A stretch of 64,000 nucleotides of DNA from Escherichia coli (GCF_003790525.1 NZ_CP033635.1), one strand, 5' to 3'. Positions 13,068 through 26,040 are shown, counted from the stretch's first letter. A program made the numbers and translations. The notes: a model not told the origin generated them from the letters alone.

Positions 13068-13883
13068 ATGAGCGTAAAAGTTATCGTCACAGACATGGAC
13101 GGTACTTTTCTTAACGACGCCAAAACGTACAACCAACCACGTTTTATGGCGCAATATCAGGAACTGAAAAAGCGCGGCATTGAGTTCGTTGTCGCCAGCG
13201 GTAATCAGTATTACCAGCTTATTTCGTTCTTTCCTGAGCTAAAGGATGAGATCTCTTTTGTCGCAGAAAACGGCGCACTGGTTTACGAACATGGCAAGCA
13301 GTTGTTCCACGGCGAACTGACCCGACATGAATCGCGGATTGTTATTGGCGAGTTGCTAAAAGATAAGCAACTCAATTTTGTCGCCTGCGGTCTGCAAAGT
13401 GCATATGTCAGCGAAAATGCCCCCGAAGCATTCGTCGCACTGATGGCAAAACACTACCATCGCCTGAAACCTGTAAAAGATTATCAGGAGATTGACGACG
13501 TACTGTTCAAGTTTTCGCTCAACCTGCCGGATGAACAAATCCCGTTAGTGATCGACAAACTGCACATAGCGCTGGATGGCATTATGAAACCCGTCACCAG
13601 TGGTTTTGGCTTTATCGACCTGATTATTCCCGGTCTACATAAAGCAAACGGTATTTCGCGGTTACTGAAACGCTGGGATCTGTCACCGCAAAATGTGGTA
13701 GCGATTGGCGACAGCGGTAACGATGCGGAGATGCTGAAAATGGCGCGTTATTCCTTTGCGATGGGCAATGCTGCGGAAAACATTAAACAAATCGCCCGTT
13801 ATGCTACCGATGATAATAATCATGAAGGCGCGCTGAACGTGATTCAGGCTGTGCTGGATAACACATCCCCTTTTAACAGCTGA
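13068..13883 (+). CDS. ybiV: HAD-family sugar phosphatase YbiV (SupH)
   Basis: 271-aa ORF, N-terminal DMDGT HAD motif. Confidence 0.9.
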   Translation: MSVKVIVTDMDGTFLNDAKTYNQPRFMAQYQELKKRGIEFVVASGNQYYQLISFFPELKDEISFVAENGALVYEHGKQLFHGELTRHESRIVIGELLKDKQLNFVACGLQSAYVSENAPEAFVALMAKHYHRLKPVKDYQEIDDVLFKFSLNLPDEQIPLVIDKLHIALDGIMKPVTSGFGFIDLIIPGLHKANGISRLLKRWDLSPQNVVAIGDSGNDAEMLKMARYSFAMGNAAENIKQIARYATDDNNHEGALNVIQAVLDNTSPFNS

Positions 13884-13892
13884 CCTCTCTAC

Positions 13893-13916
13893 CGGAGCCA
13901 TGCGCTCCGGTTTTCC
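13893..13916 (+). terminator. putative intrinsic terminator downstream of ybiV
   Basis: GC hairpin ccggagc...gctccgg followed by a T-run, about 10 nt after the ybiV stop. Confidence 0.55.
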
Positions 13917-14034
13917 CTTCTTTTTACATCCTGTACATCACATCAAATCATTAAACTTGCATTAACTTATTTATAACTTATATTGTCACATGCAAATCAG
14001 TATAGTTTCGAATGAAAGTTAATGCGAGGTGGTT

Positions 14035-15300
14035 ATGGCTTCTACTTTTACCAGCGACACATTGCCTGCCGATCACAAAGCAGCTATCCGTCAGATGAAG
14101 CACGCGCTGCGGGCGCAGCTTGGCGACGTCCAGCAGATCTTTAATCAGCTAAGCGATGACATTGCCACGCGAGTGGCTGAAATCAACGCACTCAAAGCAC
14201 AGGGCGATGCAGTCTGGCCGGTGCTGTCTTATGCCGATATCAAAGCAGGTCATGTTACTGCAGAGCAACGCGAACAGATTAAACGTCGCGGTTGTGCGGT
14301 GATAAAAGGCCATTTCCCCCGCGAACAAGCGCTAGGCTGGGATCAGTCGATGCTGGACTATCTGGACCGCAACCGCTTTGATGAGGTCTACAAAGGCCCC
14401 GGCGATAATTTCTTCGGGACGCTCAGCGCTTCACGTCCCGAGATTTACCCCATCTACTGGTCGCAGGCGCAAATGCAGGCCCGCCAGAGTGAAGAAATGG
14501 CGAATGCGCAGTCGTTTCTCAATCGTCTGTGGACATTTGAAAGTGATGGAAAGCAATGGTTTAACCCGGATGTGAGCGTCATCTACCCTGACCGTATCCG
14601 CCGCCGTCCGCCCGGAACGGCCTCCAAAGGTCTCGGAGCGCATACCGACTCCGGGGCACTGGAACGCTGGCTGCTTCCAGCGTATCAGCGCGTTTTCGCC
14701 AACGTCTTTAATGGCAATCTGGCGCAATATGATCCCTGGCATGCGGCACATCGTACAGAAGTTGAAGAGTACACGGTGGACAACACCACCAAATGTTCCG
14801 TGTTTCGGACATTCCAGGGCTGGACAGCGCTCTCTGATATGCTGCCTGGTCAGGGACTGCTGCACGTCGTGCCCATTCCTGAAGCCATAGCGTACGTGCT
14901 GTTACGTCCGCTGCTTGATGATGTGCCGGAGGATGAACTGTGCGGCGTAGCGCCCGGAAGAGTGTTGCCGGTATCAGAGCAATGGCATCCACTGTTGATT
15001 GAGGCATTAACCAGCATTCCACAACTCGAAGCCGGAGACTCCGTCTGGTGGCACTGCGACGTCATCCATTCCGTTGCCCCCGTTGAAAATCAACAGGGCT
15101 GGGGCAACGTGATGTACATTCCTGCGGCACCGATGTGCGAGAAAAATCTTGCCTACGCGCACAAGGTGAAGGCCGCACTGGAAAAAGGCGCATCACCTGG
15201 CGACTTCCCGCGGGAAGATTATGAAGCAAACTGGGAAGGCCGCTTTACGCTGGAGGATCTGAACATTCACGGTAAGCGCGCACTGGGCATGGATGTTTGA
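14035..15300 (+). CDS. ybiU: DUF1479 family protein YbiU
   Basis: ORF trimmed to MASTFTSD start; 421 aa. Confidence 0.85.
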   Translation: MASTFTSDTLPADHKAAIRQMKHALRAQLGDVQQIFNQLSDDIATRVAEINALKAQGDAVWPVLSYADIKAGHVTAEQREQIKRRGCAVIKGHFPREQALGWDQSMLDYLDRNRFDEVYKGPGDNFFGTLSASRPEIYPIYWSQAQMQARQSEEMANAQSFLNRLWTFESDGKQWFNPDVSVIYPDRIRRRPPGTASKGLGAHTDSGALERWLLPAYQRVFANVFNGNLAQYDPWHAAHRTEVEEYTVDNTTKCSVFRTFQGWTALSDMLPGQGLLHVVPIPEAIAYVLLRPLLDDVPEDELCGVAPGRVLPVSEQWHPLLIEALTSIPQLEAGDSVWWHCDVIHSVAPVENQQGWGNVMYIPAAPMCEKNLAYAHKVKAALEKGASPGDFPREDYEANWEGRFTLEDLNIHGKRALGMDV

Positions 15301-15383
15301 GAGTTAATGGAAGTGAATTGATGTGGGATTAAGAAAATCGATTCGACGTTACTCAGATTGCTGACAAATGCGCTTTGTTAATG

Positions 15384-15480
15384 CCTGATGCGGCGTTAAC
15401 GCCTTATCCGGCCTACAAAGTCCTGCAGATTCAATATATTGCAGGTACTGCGTAGGCCTGATAAGCATAGCGCATCAGGC
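15384..15480. repeat. REP/BIME-type extragenic palindromes (two inverted REP units)
   Basis: gcctgatgcggcgttaacgccttatccggcctac and the inverted gtaggcctgataagcatagcgcatcaggc in the ybiU-ybiT gap; classic E. coli REP consensus. Confidence 0.7.
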
Positions 15481-15540
15481 AATCTTGCGTTTGTCATCAG
15501 CCGCCGTCACCCCGACAGTATCGGGCTGACGGATAATAAC

Positions 15541-17133
15541 TTACTCGATCCCTTTACTACGCAGATAATCTTCGTAATTACCGCTAAAGTCGATCACGCG
15601 TTCCGGGGTGATTTCCAGAATACGGGTCGCCAGGGAGCTTACGAACTCACGGTCGTGTGAAACAAAGATCAGCGTGCCCTGATACAGTTCCAGCGCCATG
15701 TTCAGCGACTCAATAGATTCCATATCCAGGTGGTTGGTCGGTTCGTCCATGATCAGAATGTTCGGCTTCTGCATCATTAACTTACCAAACAGCATCCGCC
15801 CTTTCTCCCCACCGGAAAGCACTTTCGCTGGCTTTTTGATATCGTCCTGGCTGAACAGCAAACGACCGAGAATGCTGCGTACCGCCTGCTCGTCATCGCC
15901 TTCCTGCTTCCACTGGCTCATCCATTCGAACACGGTCAGATCATTTTCGAACTCATATTCATGGTCCTGGGCGTAGTAACCAATGCGCGCGTTCTCAGAC
16001 CATTTTACGGTGCCGCTGTCCGGTTGCAGATCGCCCACCAGCGTTTTCAGCAGCGTTGATTTACCGACGCCGTTGGTACCCAGTACCGCCAGTTTTTCAC
16101 CGACTTCCAGCAGCAGGTTGAGATTTTTAAACAGTGGACCGTTATCAAACCCTTTGGTCAGACCTTCCACTTCCAGCGCGTTACGGAACAGTTTCTTATC
16201 CTGCTCAAAACGGATGAACGGGTTCTGACGGCTGGAAGCTTTCACCTCTTCCAGTTTGATTTTATCGATCTGGCGCGCACGCGAAGTTGCCTGGCGAGAT
16301 TTCGAGGCGTTGGCGCTAAAGCGGCTAACGAAAGATTGCAGCTCGGCAATCTGCGCTTTCTTCTTGGCATTATCAGCCAGCAGACGTTCACGCGCCTGGG
16401 TCGCCGCCGTCATGTACTCATCGTAGTTACCTGGATAAACGCGCAGCTCGCCGTAATCCAGATCCGCCATATGGGTACAAACCATGTTAAGGAAGTGACG
16501 GTCGTGCGAGATGATGATCATGGTGCTGTCACGCTCGTTCAGCACCTGTTCCAGCCAACGAATGGTGTCGATGTCGAGGTTGTTGGTCGGTTCGTCGAGC
16601 AGGAGAATGTCCGGATCAGCAAACAGCGCCTGCGCCAGCAGCACACGCAGCTTCCAGCCAGGAGCAACTTCACTCATCGGGCCGTAGTGCTGTTCCACTG
16701 GAATTCCCACGCCAAGCAACAGTTCACCGGCGCGAGCTTCCGCAGAGTAACCGTCCATTTCGCCGTATTTTACTTCCAGATCGGCCACTTTATAACCGTC
16801 TTCTTCGCTCATTTCCGGCAAAGCATAGATACGGTCGCGCTCCTGCTTCACTTCCCACAACTCTTTATGCCCCATGATCACCGTATCCAGCACGGTGAAC
16901 TCTTCAAAGGCAAACTGATCCTGACGCAATTTACCAATGCGCTCGTTGGGATCGAGGGAAACGTTACCCAGCGTCGGCTCTAAGTCGCCGCCGAGGATCT
17001 TCATAAAGGTGGATTTACCACTACCGTTCGCGCCAATCAGGCCGTAACGGTTGCCGCCGCCAAACTTGACGGAAATGTTTTCAAACAACGGCTTACTGCC
17101 GAACTGCATGGTGACGTTACTGGAAACTAACAC
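15541..17133 (-). CDS. ybiT: ABC-F family ATPase YbiT (two ABC domains, no permease)
   Basis: 530-aa ORF with two Walker A motifs ([18 protein letters not shown]). Confidence 0.92.
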
Positions 17134-17351
17134 AGGCGTATCCTGAAAAGAGATATGACAAACCGCGTATTATGCCATAAGTCTGAAAGAAGATCCCGTC
17201 CCCCGCTTAAGGTCTACACTCTTCCCAAAGGCAAAAAATGTGATTTCGTACACATCTGATTTCACTGTGAGCTGGAATGAACTTATAATGCGCTTCCAAT
17301 ACTCTAATATTCTCAACCCAATGGCCTGCCAGGCACAAAATCTCGCTTAAC

Positions 17352-18272
17352 ATGAATATGAAATTGAAAACATTATTCGCAGCGGCCTTCGCTGTTGTCG
17401 GCTTTTGCAGTACCGCCTCTGCGGTAACTTATCCTCTGCCAACCGACGGGAGTCGCCTGGTTGGTCAGAATCAGGTGATCACCATTCCTGAAGGTAACAC
17501 TCAGCCGCTGGAGTATTTTGCCGCCGAGTACCAGATGGGGCTTTCCAATATGATGGAAGCGAACCCGGGTGTGGATACCTTCCTGCCGAAAGGCGGTACT
17601 GTACTGAACATTCCGCAGCAGCTGATCCTGCCGGATACCGTTCATGAAGGCATCGTCATTAACAGTGCAGAGATGCGTCTGTATTACTATCCGAAAGGGA
17701 CCAACACCGTTATCGTGCTGCCGATCGGCATTGGTCAGTTAGGCAAAGATACGCCTATCAACTGGACCACCAAAGTTGAGCGTAAGAAAGCAGGCCCGAC
17801 CTGGACGCCGACCGCCAAAATGCACGCAGAGTACCGCGCTGCGGGCGAACCGCTTCCGGCTGTCGTTCCGGCAGGTCCGGATAACCCGATGGGGCTGTAT
17901 GCACTCTACATCGGTCGCCTGTACGCTATCCATGGCACCAACGCCAACTTCGGTATCGGCCTGCGTGTAAGTCATGGTTGTGTGCGTCTGCGTAACGAAG
18001 ACATAAAATTCCTGTTCGAGAAAGTACCGGTCGGTACCCGCGTACAGTTTATTGATGAGCCGGTAAAAGCGACCACCGAGCCAGACGGCAGCCGTTATAT
18101 TGAAGTCCATAACCCGCTGTCTACCACCGAAGCCCAGTTTGAAGGTCAGGAAATTGTGCCAATTACCCTGACCAAGAGCGTGCAGACAGTAACTGGTCAG
18201 CCTGATGTGGATCAGGTCGTGCTGGATGAAGCGATCAAAAATCGTTCCGGGATGCCGGTTCGTCTGAATTAA
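17352..18272 (+). CDS. ldtB: L,D-transpeptidase LdtB (YbiS)
   Basis: 306-aa ORF with signal peptide and YkuD-domain catalytic SHGCVRL motif. Confidence 0.93.
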
Positions 18273-18291
18273 TCGTCAAAACGTAAAACAG

Positions 18292-18320
18292 AGGCGGACT
18301 CATCATCCGCCTTTTTTATT
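18292..18320 (+). terminator. intrinsic terminator after ldtB
   Basis: aggcgga-ctcatca-tccgcct hairpin followed by TTTTTTATTT. Confidence 0.7.
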
Positions 18321-18330
18321 TGGCCAGACC

Positions 18331-19449
18331 CTAGTTGGCCGGGAGCATAACGAATAAAACGTATCCCACCAGCGCCGCCCACAACAGCATCGGTATCGAA
18401 TAAAGATGAAAACGCCACCAGATACGGCGATCGTTCGCCATCCGTAACGCAATCAAATTTGCCAGCGATCCGGGTAATAAACCAAAGCCCCCCACGTTTA
18501 CCGCCCATGCCAGCAGCAACGACGGCGGCACATAGTTCAGCAACAATATGGTACTCGGCACATTACTGATCACCTGCGATAAACCGATTGCCGTTAACCA
18601 TAATCCGGGTTCGGATAAATGGCTCACATTGCTCAACACGCCCTGCAAAGCTGGCAGTTGGGTCAGCAAATGGACGTCGATAAACATCGCCATAAATACC
18701 AGCAGCAGCGTCCAGTCCACACTCAACACCACGCGACGTGCCAGCAGCGCAAAGCCCGCCGCCACAATCACCAGTCCCCACAGCTCTTGTTTTAACTCCA
18801 GCGCCGTCAGAAAGACGATATACAGCCCCAGACAACTCCACACCAGCCGCGGTTTCCACTCCGGTGTTTGCACCCCCGTATGGTATTGGAGTGCCTTTCC
18901 AGGGAAACAACACCAGCACAACAGCAGGAGCGTCAGCATCATTGCGCCAGCCAGCGGTGCCATTTGGGCAATAAATCCGGCAAACGAAAGACCAGAACGT
19001 CCCCAGATAAGAATATTTTGCGGGTTGCCAATTGGCGTCAGTAGCGAACCCGCATTGACTGCCAGCGCCTCAAAAATAATCAGCCGATTAACCGGGATCT
19101 CACACAGTCTTTTTAGCGTGATAGTCAGCGGAACAACTATAAACAGCGCGACATCGTTGGTCAGAAAGGTAGAAAGCAGCGCCGCCGCCAGCACCATAAA
19201 CATCGCCAGCCGACGCTCCGTAGCAAAGCGGCGCACCATTTTGCGCCCCAGCACATCAAAATAACCGCTTAACTCCACACCTTTGGTCAGCAGCATCAGG
19301 CCGCTTAAGGTGATGATGGTGTGCCAGTCGATAGCAGCAGGCCAGGATTTCGGTGCAAAGGGCACGAAAAAGCTTAATCCGATACCAACAAGAATTAATA
19401 ACTGAAAAAAACGATCCCCTTGCAGCGTGCGTAAAAAAGGCAGGCTCAT
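18331..19449 (-). CDS. ybiR: inner-membrane transporter YbiR (ArsB/NhaD-like permease family)
   Basis: 372-aa polytopic membrane ORF; start overlaps mntR stop by 4 nt. Confidence 0.88.
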
Positions 19450-19913
19450 TTGGCACCGTGTTTCTGGGTAAACAAACGAAAAGCGTCGAGCGTCTCTTCA
19501 CTGACATGGTGCTCCATGCCTTCCGCGTCGCGACGGGCGATTTCCGGACTGACGCCCAACACCAACAAGAAATTTTCGACTATCTGATGTCGCTCGCGGC
19601 TTTCCTGCGCCAGCTTCTCTCCTTCTGCCGTTAAAAACACGCCACGCCAGGGGATCATTTCAATCAGCCCCATGGTTGCCAGTCGCTTAAGCATTTTAGC
19701 CACCGTCGGTTGCGAAACTCCCAAACGAGCAGCCATGTCTACCTGACGAGCTTCCCCCACTTCCCTGATCAAGTCAGAAATCAGCTCAACGTAATCATCA
19801 ATAAGCTCGCGCCGATGCGCCTCTCTGACCTGGCGGAACCCTTCAACGTGCTCTTCCACGTTCACTAACTGCGTCACTTTTTTTGCTGTTGGCGTACCTG
19901 CGCGACGACTCAT
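19446..19913 (-). CDS. mntR: manganese-responsive transcriptional regulator MntR (DtxR family)
   Basis: 155-aa ORF with DtxR-type HTH. Confidence 0.93.
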
Positions 19914-20020
19914 TGTGCTTCCTCATTATGGTGACGCATACCTAGCGTTCTCATTTCGTGCGCACATTGTAAACCAGAGTTGCGAAGGTACAAAAAATTA
20001 ACGTTTTAGCAATAGCTATA

Positions 20021-20040
20021 TAATATAGCCTGTGCTATAT
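20021..20040. promoter_or_regulatory. putative MntR operator upstream of mntS
   Basis: Palindrome ATAGC-ctgt-GCTAT inside AT-rich promoter DNA, resembling the MntR box core; about 60 nt upstream of the mntS ATG. Confidence 0.5.
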
Positions 20041-20098
20041 CTGTATGTAATGCAATCATCCCTCAAGGATCGACGGGATTAGCAAGTCAGGAGGTCTT

Positions 20099-20227
20099 AT
20101 GAATGAGTTCAAGAGGTGTATGCGCGTGTTTAGTCATTCTCCCTTTAAAGTACGGTTAATGCTGCTCTCTATGTTGTGCGATATGGTCAACAACAAACCG
20201 CAGCAAGATAAACCTTCCGATAAATAG
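20099..20227 (+). CDS. mntS: small protein MntS (42 aa; same locus as the RybA transcript)
   Basis: Read directly from sequence: MNEFKRCMRVFSHSPFKVRLMLLSMLCDMVNNKPQQDKPSDK with GGAGG RBS; below the ORF-track length cutoff; divergent from mntR as in E. coli. Confidence 0.75.
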   Translation: MNEFKRCMRVFSHSPFKVRLMLLSMLCDMVNNKPQQDKPSDK

Positions 20228-20498
20228 CGGCGTCGCGGTACGCCGCTTCACTCCTGCTTTTATGCAGGCACAACGCGTTTTGGTCTGAAAAACCCCACTT
20301 TTTGTCGGATTTGCAATCCCCTTCGCGAAAGATTTGTTCGTCAGTAGTTGACCTGAACGGCGGCTCGCTCTATCTTCTTGCAGCCCTGCGTATATTGCGG
20401 CTCGCGGATGCGGACCCCTTTCCCCTCTTCACGCACTCTTGCAGGTATTGACCCTTGACGCCAGGGTAAGCACATGGCGTTTGTTACGATAGTGGCAT

Positions 20499-22082
20499 AT
20501 GAATTTAACCCTCAAAGACTCGCTTGTTACCCGTAGCCGGGTATTTAGCCCGTGGACTGCGTTCTACTTTTTACAGTCGCTATTAATTAACCTCGGCTTA
20601 GGTTATCCCTTCAGTTTGCTCTACACCGCTGCGTTTACGGCTATTTTGCTTTTGCTATGGCGAACATTGCCTCGCGTACAAAAAGTTCTGGTCGGTGTCA
20701 GTTCGCTGGTGGCGGCTTGTTATTTCCCTTTTGCTCAGGCCTACGGCGCGCCTAATTTCAATACATTGCTGGCATTGCACTCCACCAATATGGAAGAGTC
20801 GACCGAAATCCTGACGATTTTTCCGTGGTACAGCTACCTGGTCGGCTTATTTATTTTTGCGCTCGGCGTAATAGCAATCAGGCGAAAAAAAGAGAATGAA
20901 AAAGCGCGCTGGAATACCTTCGACAGCCTGTGTCTGGTATTCAGTGTGGCGACATTTTTTGTTGCTCCCGTGCAAAACCTGGCCTGGGGCGGCGTATTTA
21001 AACTGAAAGATACTGGCTATCCGGTATTTCGTTTTGCTAAGGATGTCATCGTCAATAATAACGAGGTGATCGAAGAGCAAGAACGGATGGCAAAACTTTC
21101 CGGAATGAAAGATACCTGGACGGTCACTGCCGTTAAGCCGAAGTATCAGACCTATGTGGTGGTGATCGGTGAAAGCGCGCGTCGCGATGCCCTCGGTGCC
21201 TTTGGCGGTCACTGGGACAATACCCCGTTTGCCAGCAGCGTTAACGGTTTGATATTTGCTGACTACATTGCCGCCAGTGGCTCCACGCAGAAATCGCTTG
21301 GCTTAACGCTCAATCGCGTTGTCGATGGCAAACCACAGTTTCAGGATAACTTTGTCACCCTGGCAAATCGCGCGGGCTTCCAGACCTGGTGGTTTTCCAA
21401 CCAGGGCCAAATCGGCGAATACGATACCGCCATCGCCAGCATCGCCAAACGTGCAGATGAAGTGTACTTCCTGAAAGAAGGTAATTTTGAAGCAGATAAA
21501 AACACGAAAGACGAAGCGTTACTGGATATGACCGCTCAAGTGCTGGCGCAAGAGCACTCGCAACCGCAGCTGATTGTTCTACATCTGATGGGCTCGCATC
21601 CGCAGGCCTGCGACAGGACACAAGGCAAATACGAAACCTTTGTGCAATCAAAAGAAACGTCGTGCTATCTCTATACCATGACGCAAACGGACGATTTACT
21701 GCGCAAACTGTACGATCAGTTACGCAACAGCGGCAGCAGCTTCTCGCTGGTTTACTTTTCTGACCACGGTCTGGCCTTTAAAGAGCGCGGCAAAGACGTG
21801 CAATACCTTGCCCATGATGATAAGTATCAGCAAAATTTCCAGGTGCCTTTTATGGTCATTTCCAGCGACGATAAAGCGCATCGGGTGATTAAAGCCCGCC
21901 GCTCAGCCAATGACTTCTTAGGTTTTTTCTCCCAGTGGACGGGAATTAAAGCGAAGGAAATTAACATCAAATACCCGTTTATATCTGAGAAGAAAGCCGG
22001 GCCGATATACATCACCAACTTCCAGTTACAGAAGGTAGATTACAACCATCTCGGAACCGATATTTTCGACCCGAAACCTTAA
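20499..22082 (+). CDS. opgE: phosphoethanolamine transferase OpgE (YbiP)
   Basis: 527-aa ORF, N-terminal TM segments plus sulfatase-like domain. Confidence 0.9.
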   Translation: MNLTLKDSLVTRSRVFSPWTAFYFLQSLLINLGLGYPFSLLYTAAFTAILLLLWRTLPRVQKVLVGVSSLVAACYFPFAQAYGAPNFNTLLALHSTNMEESTEILTIFPWYSYLVGLFIFALGVIAIRRKKENEKARWNTFDSLCLVFSVATFFVAPVQNLAWGGVFKLKDTGYPVFRFAKDVIVNNNEVIEEQERMAKLSGMKDTWTVTAVKPKYQTYVVVIGESARRDALGAFGGHWDNTPFASSVNGLIFADYIAASGSTQKSLGLTLNRVVDGKPQFQDNFVTLANRAGFQTWWFSNQGQIGEYDTAIASIAKRADEVYFLKEGNFEADKNTKDEALLDMTAQVLAQEHSQPQLIVLHLMGSHPQACDRTQGKYETFVQSKETSCYLYTMTQTDDLLRKLYDQLRNSGSSFSLVYFSDHGLAFKERGKDVQYLAHDDKYQQNFQVPFMVISSDDKAHRVIKARRSANDFLGFFSQWTGIKAKEINIKYPFISEKKAGPIYITNFQLQKVDYNHLGTDIFDPKP

Positions 22083-22085
22083 AAA

Positions 22086-22116
22086 CAAAAATCCGCCCCG
22101 AGAGGCGGATTTTTTA
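22086..22116. terminator. bidirectional intrinsic terminator between convergent opgE and ompX
   Basis: Hairpin atccgcc-ccgagag-ggcggat flanked by an A-run on one side and a T-run on the other. Confidence 0.7.
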
Positions 22117-22130
22117 TATCACCGAAGTGA

Positions 22131-22646
22131 TTAGAAGCGGTAACCAACACCGGCAATCCAGGTGCCTACGTCAACGCTACGAATACGGCTCTGCTCGTAA
22201 GAGAAGTCCAGAGCAACGTTTTCCATCGGGTTGAACTGCAGACCAGCACCGTAGGAGAAACCGTAGTCGCTGGTGTCGTGTTTGTAGGTCGGGTATTCAG
22301 TGGTCTGGAATTTACCATAACCCACACCCACTACACCGTAGATGCTTGCCCAGTCGTTAATGCGGTAAGCCGGACCAGCAGTGATGCCGTAGTACTGGTT
22401 TTTGTTGTAGTCACCAGAGCTTGCAGTACGGCTTTTCTCGGTGTAAGTGAAAGAACCGATCACACCCAGCGGGCTGTTGTCTTCTTCATAGCGGTATTTC
22501 AGGTTGAAACCGCCCATTTTGTTCATTTGGCCCTGAGCGTCGCTCTGTGCGTAACCGCCAGTTACAGTAGAAGTCGCAGCTACGGAAGTACCTGCGGTGA
22601 AAGCCAGAACTGCGGCCAGTGCTGAAAGACATGCAATTTTTTTCAT
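22131..22646 (-). CDS. ompX: outer membrane protein X
   Basis: ORF trimmed to MKKIACLSALAAVLAFTAGTSVA signal peptide; 171 aa; C-terminal ...GVGYRF. Confidence 0.95.
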   Translation of the reverse strand: MKKIACLSALAAVLAFTAGTSVAATSTVTGGYAQSDAQGQMNKMGGFNLKYRYEEDNSPLGVIGSFTYTEKSRTASSGDYNKNQYYGITAGPAYRINDWASIYGVVGVGYGKFQTTEYPTYKHDTSDYGFSYGAGLQFNPMENVALDFSYEQSRIRSVDVGTWIAGVGYRF

Positions 22647-22998
22647 AACCACCTCAAATGTGATTCAAATAAGTCCTAAGTTTTAAATATATCAAAAATT
22701 AATGGGAAACTCTTCGCGATTTATGATGTCTAACGGGCCATTTCATGTAACAGAACGTTTCCATACACCGCTATCCATCTAAATTTAAATCACTTTTTCA
22801 GAGAACTGCGTAAGTATTACGCATGTTTTCCCTGTCATTCATCCAGATTATTCCTAATCACCAGACTAATGATTCCATCAATCCTGGCGCATTTTAGTCA
22901 AAACGGGGGAAAATTTTTTCAACAAATGCTCAACCAGCATTGGGTATATCCAGTACACTCCACGCTTTACTTAGGTTTAGATATTTGTGGGAGAAAGG

Positions 22999-23886
22999 AT
23001 GCCTGGTTCATTACGTAAAATGCCGGTCTGGTTACCAATAGTCATATTGCTCGTTGCCATGGCGTCTATTCAGGGTGGAGCCTCGTTAGCTAAGTCACTT
23101 TTTCCTCTGGTGGGCGCACCGGGGGTCACTGCGCTGCGTCTGGCATTAGGCACGCTGATCCTCATCGCGTTCTTTAAGCCATGGCGACTGCGCTTTGCCA
23201 AAGAGCAGCGGTTACTGCTGTTGTTTTACGGCGTTTCGCTGGGGGGGATGAATTATCTTTTTTATCTTTCTATTCAGACGGTACCGCTGGGTATTGCGGT
23301 GGCGCTGGAGTTCACCGGACCACTGGCGGTGGCGCTGTTCTCTTCTCGTCGCCCGGTAGATTTCGTCTGGGTTGTTCTGGCGGTTCTTGGTCTGTGGTTC
23401 CTGCTACCGCTGGGGCAAGACGTTTCCCATGTCGATTTAACCGGCTGTGCGCTGGCTCTGGGGGCCGGGGCTTGTTGGGCTATTTACATTTTAAGTGGGC
23501 AACGCGCAGGAGCGGAACATGGCCCTGCGACGGTGGCAATTGGTTCGTTGATTGCAGCGTTAATTTTCGTGCCAATTGGAGTGCTTCAGGCTGGTGAAGC
23601 ACTCTGGCACTGGTCGGTTATTCCATTGGGTCTGGCGGTCGCTATTCTCTCGACCGCTCTGCCTTATTCGCTGGAAATGATTGCCCTCACCCGTTTGCCA
23701 ACACGCACATTTGGTACGCTAATGAGCATGGAACCTGCGCTGGCTGCCGTTTCCGGGATGATTTTCCTCGGAGAAACACTGACACCCATACAGCTGCTGG
23801 CGCTCGGCGCTATCATCGCCGCTTCAATGGGTTCTACGCTGACAGTACGCAAAGAGAGCAAAATAAAAGAATTAGACATAAATTAA
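22999..23886 (+). CDS. rhtA: threonine/homoserine exporter RhtA (DMT/EamA family)
   Basis: ORF trimmed to MPGSLRKMPVWLP start; 295 aa, 10-TM EamA-type. Confidence 0.92.
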   Translation: MPGSLRKMPVWLPIVILLVAMASIQGGASLAKSLFPLVGAPGVTALRLALGTLILIAFFKPWRLRFAKEQRLLLLFYGVSLGGMNYLFYLSIQTVPLGIAVALEFTGPLAVALFSSRRPVDFVWVVLAVLGLWFLLPLGQDVSHVDLTGCALALGAGACWAIYILSGQRAGAEHGPATVAIGSLIAALIFVPIGVLQAGEALWHWSVIPLGLAVAILSTALPYSLEMIALTRLPTRTFGTLMSMEPALAAVSGMIFLGETLTPIQLLALGAIIAASMGSTLTVRKESKIKELDIN

Positions 23887-24011
23887 ATTTACATTTCTGC
23901 ATGGTTATGCATAACCATGCAGATTTTCTCGCTACTTTTCCTCTACACCGTCTTTATATATCGAATTATGCAAAAGCATATTTATTCCGAAAATTCCTGG
24001 CGAGCAAATAA

Positions 24012-24689
<678 letters not shown>

Positions 24690-24731
24690 ATCCATCGCTG
24701 ATGGTGCAGAACTTTAGTACCCGATAAAAGC

Positions 24732-24760
24732 GGCTTCCTGACAGGAGGCCGTTTTGTTTT
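24732..24760 (+). terminator. intrinsic terminator after dps
   Basis: ggcttcc-tgaca-ggaggcc hairpin followed by GTTTTGTTTT. Confidence 0.65.
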
Positions 24761-24904
24761 GCAGCCCACCTCAACGCACTTATTTAGTGCATCCATCTGC
24801 TATCTCCAGCTGATTAAGTAAATTTTTTGTATCCATATCATCACACAATCGTTACATAAAGATTGTTTTTTCATCAGGTTTTACGCTAAATAATCACTGT
24901 GTTG

Positions 24905-24950
24905 AGTGCACAATTTTAGCGCACCAGTTTGGTGCCCCAGAATGGTGCAT
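24905..24950. promoter_or_regulatory. putative NtrC binding sites upstream of glnH
   Basis: GCACCAgttTGGTGC palindrome, close to the NtrC consensus TGCACCA-N3-TGGTGCA, with flanking half-sites. Confidence 0.6.
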
Positions 24951-25022
24951 CTTCAGGGTATTGCCCTATAAATCGTGCATCACGTTTTTACCGCATCTCG
25001 ATAAATCAATGAGTTGCAAAAC

Positions 25023-25038
25023 TGGCACGATTTTTTCA
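25023..25038 (+). promoter_or_regulatory. putative sigma-54 (-24/-12) promoter for glnH
   Basis: TGGCAC-N5-TTTCA about 55-70 nt upstream of the glnH ATG, downstream of the NtrC sites. Confidence 0.5.
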
Positions 25039-25077
25039 TATATGTGAATGTCACGCAGGGGATCGTCCCGTGGATAG

Positions 25078-25839
<762 letters not shown>

Positions 25840-25876
25840 TAACGCTACGCCTGTAAGGCGCACTGGCAGTTCCCTC

Positions 25877-25890
25877 TCCCCTCTGGGGAG
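25877..25890. repeat. left copy of island-flanking direct repeat (att core) tcccctctggggag
   Basis: Identical 14-mer recurs at 52665..52678. Confidence 0.75.
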
Positions 25891-26018
25891 GATCTATTGA
25901 TATCAACTGATTTCAACAGAGCTAACCCCTCCCCCTTTAACCCCCTTTGAAATAAGATATCATCAGAAATTCCTTTTCTCTGGGGGTCAATCATATTCCA
26001 TGAACATCAAGATGATTT

Positions 26019-26040
26019 TGGGGGCTATTCTGGGGGCTAC
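26019..26040 (+). repeat. tandem TGGGGGCTAT / TGGGGGCTAC repeats (candidate integrase arm-type sites), left end
   Basis: Two copies 12 bp apart just upstream of int; a related TGGGGGTCAA at 25981; the same pair recurs at the right end. Confidence 0.55.

Noticed and set aside
16336-16983. 215-aa plus-strand ORF
   Set aside because: Antisense to ybiT; low-complexity translation.
18548-19264. 238-aa plus-strand ORF
   Set aside because: Antisense to the membrane transporter ybiR; Ser/Thr/Ala-rich shadow frame.
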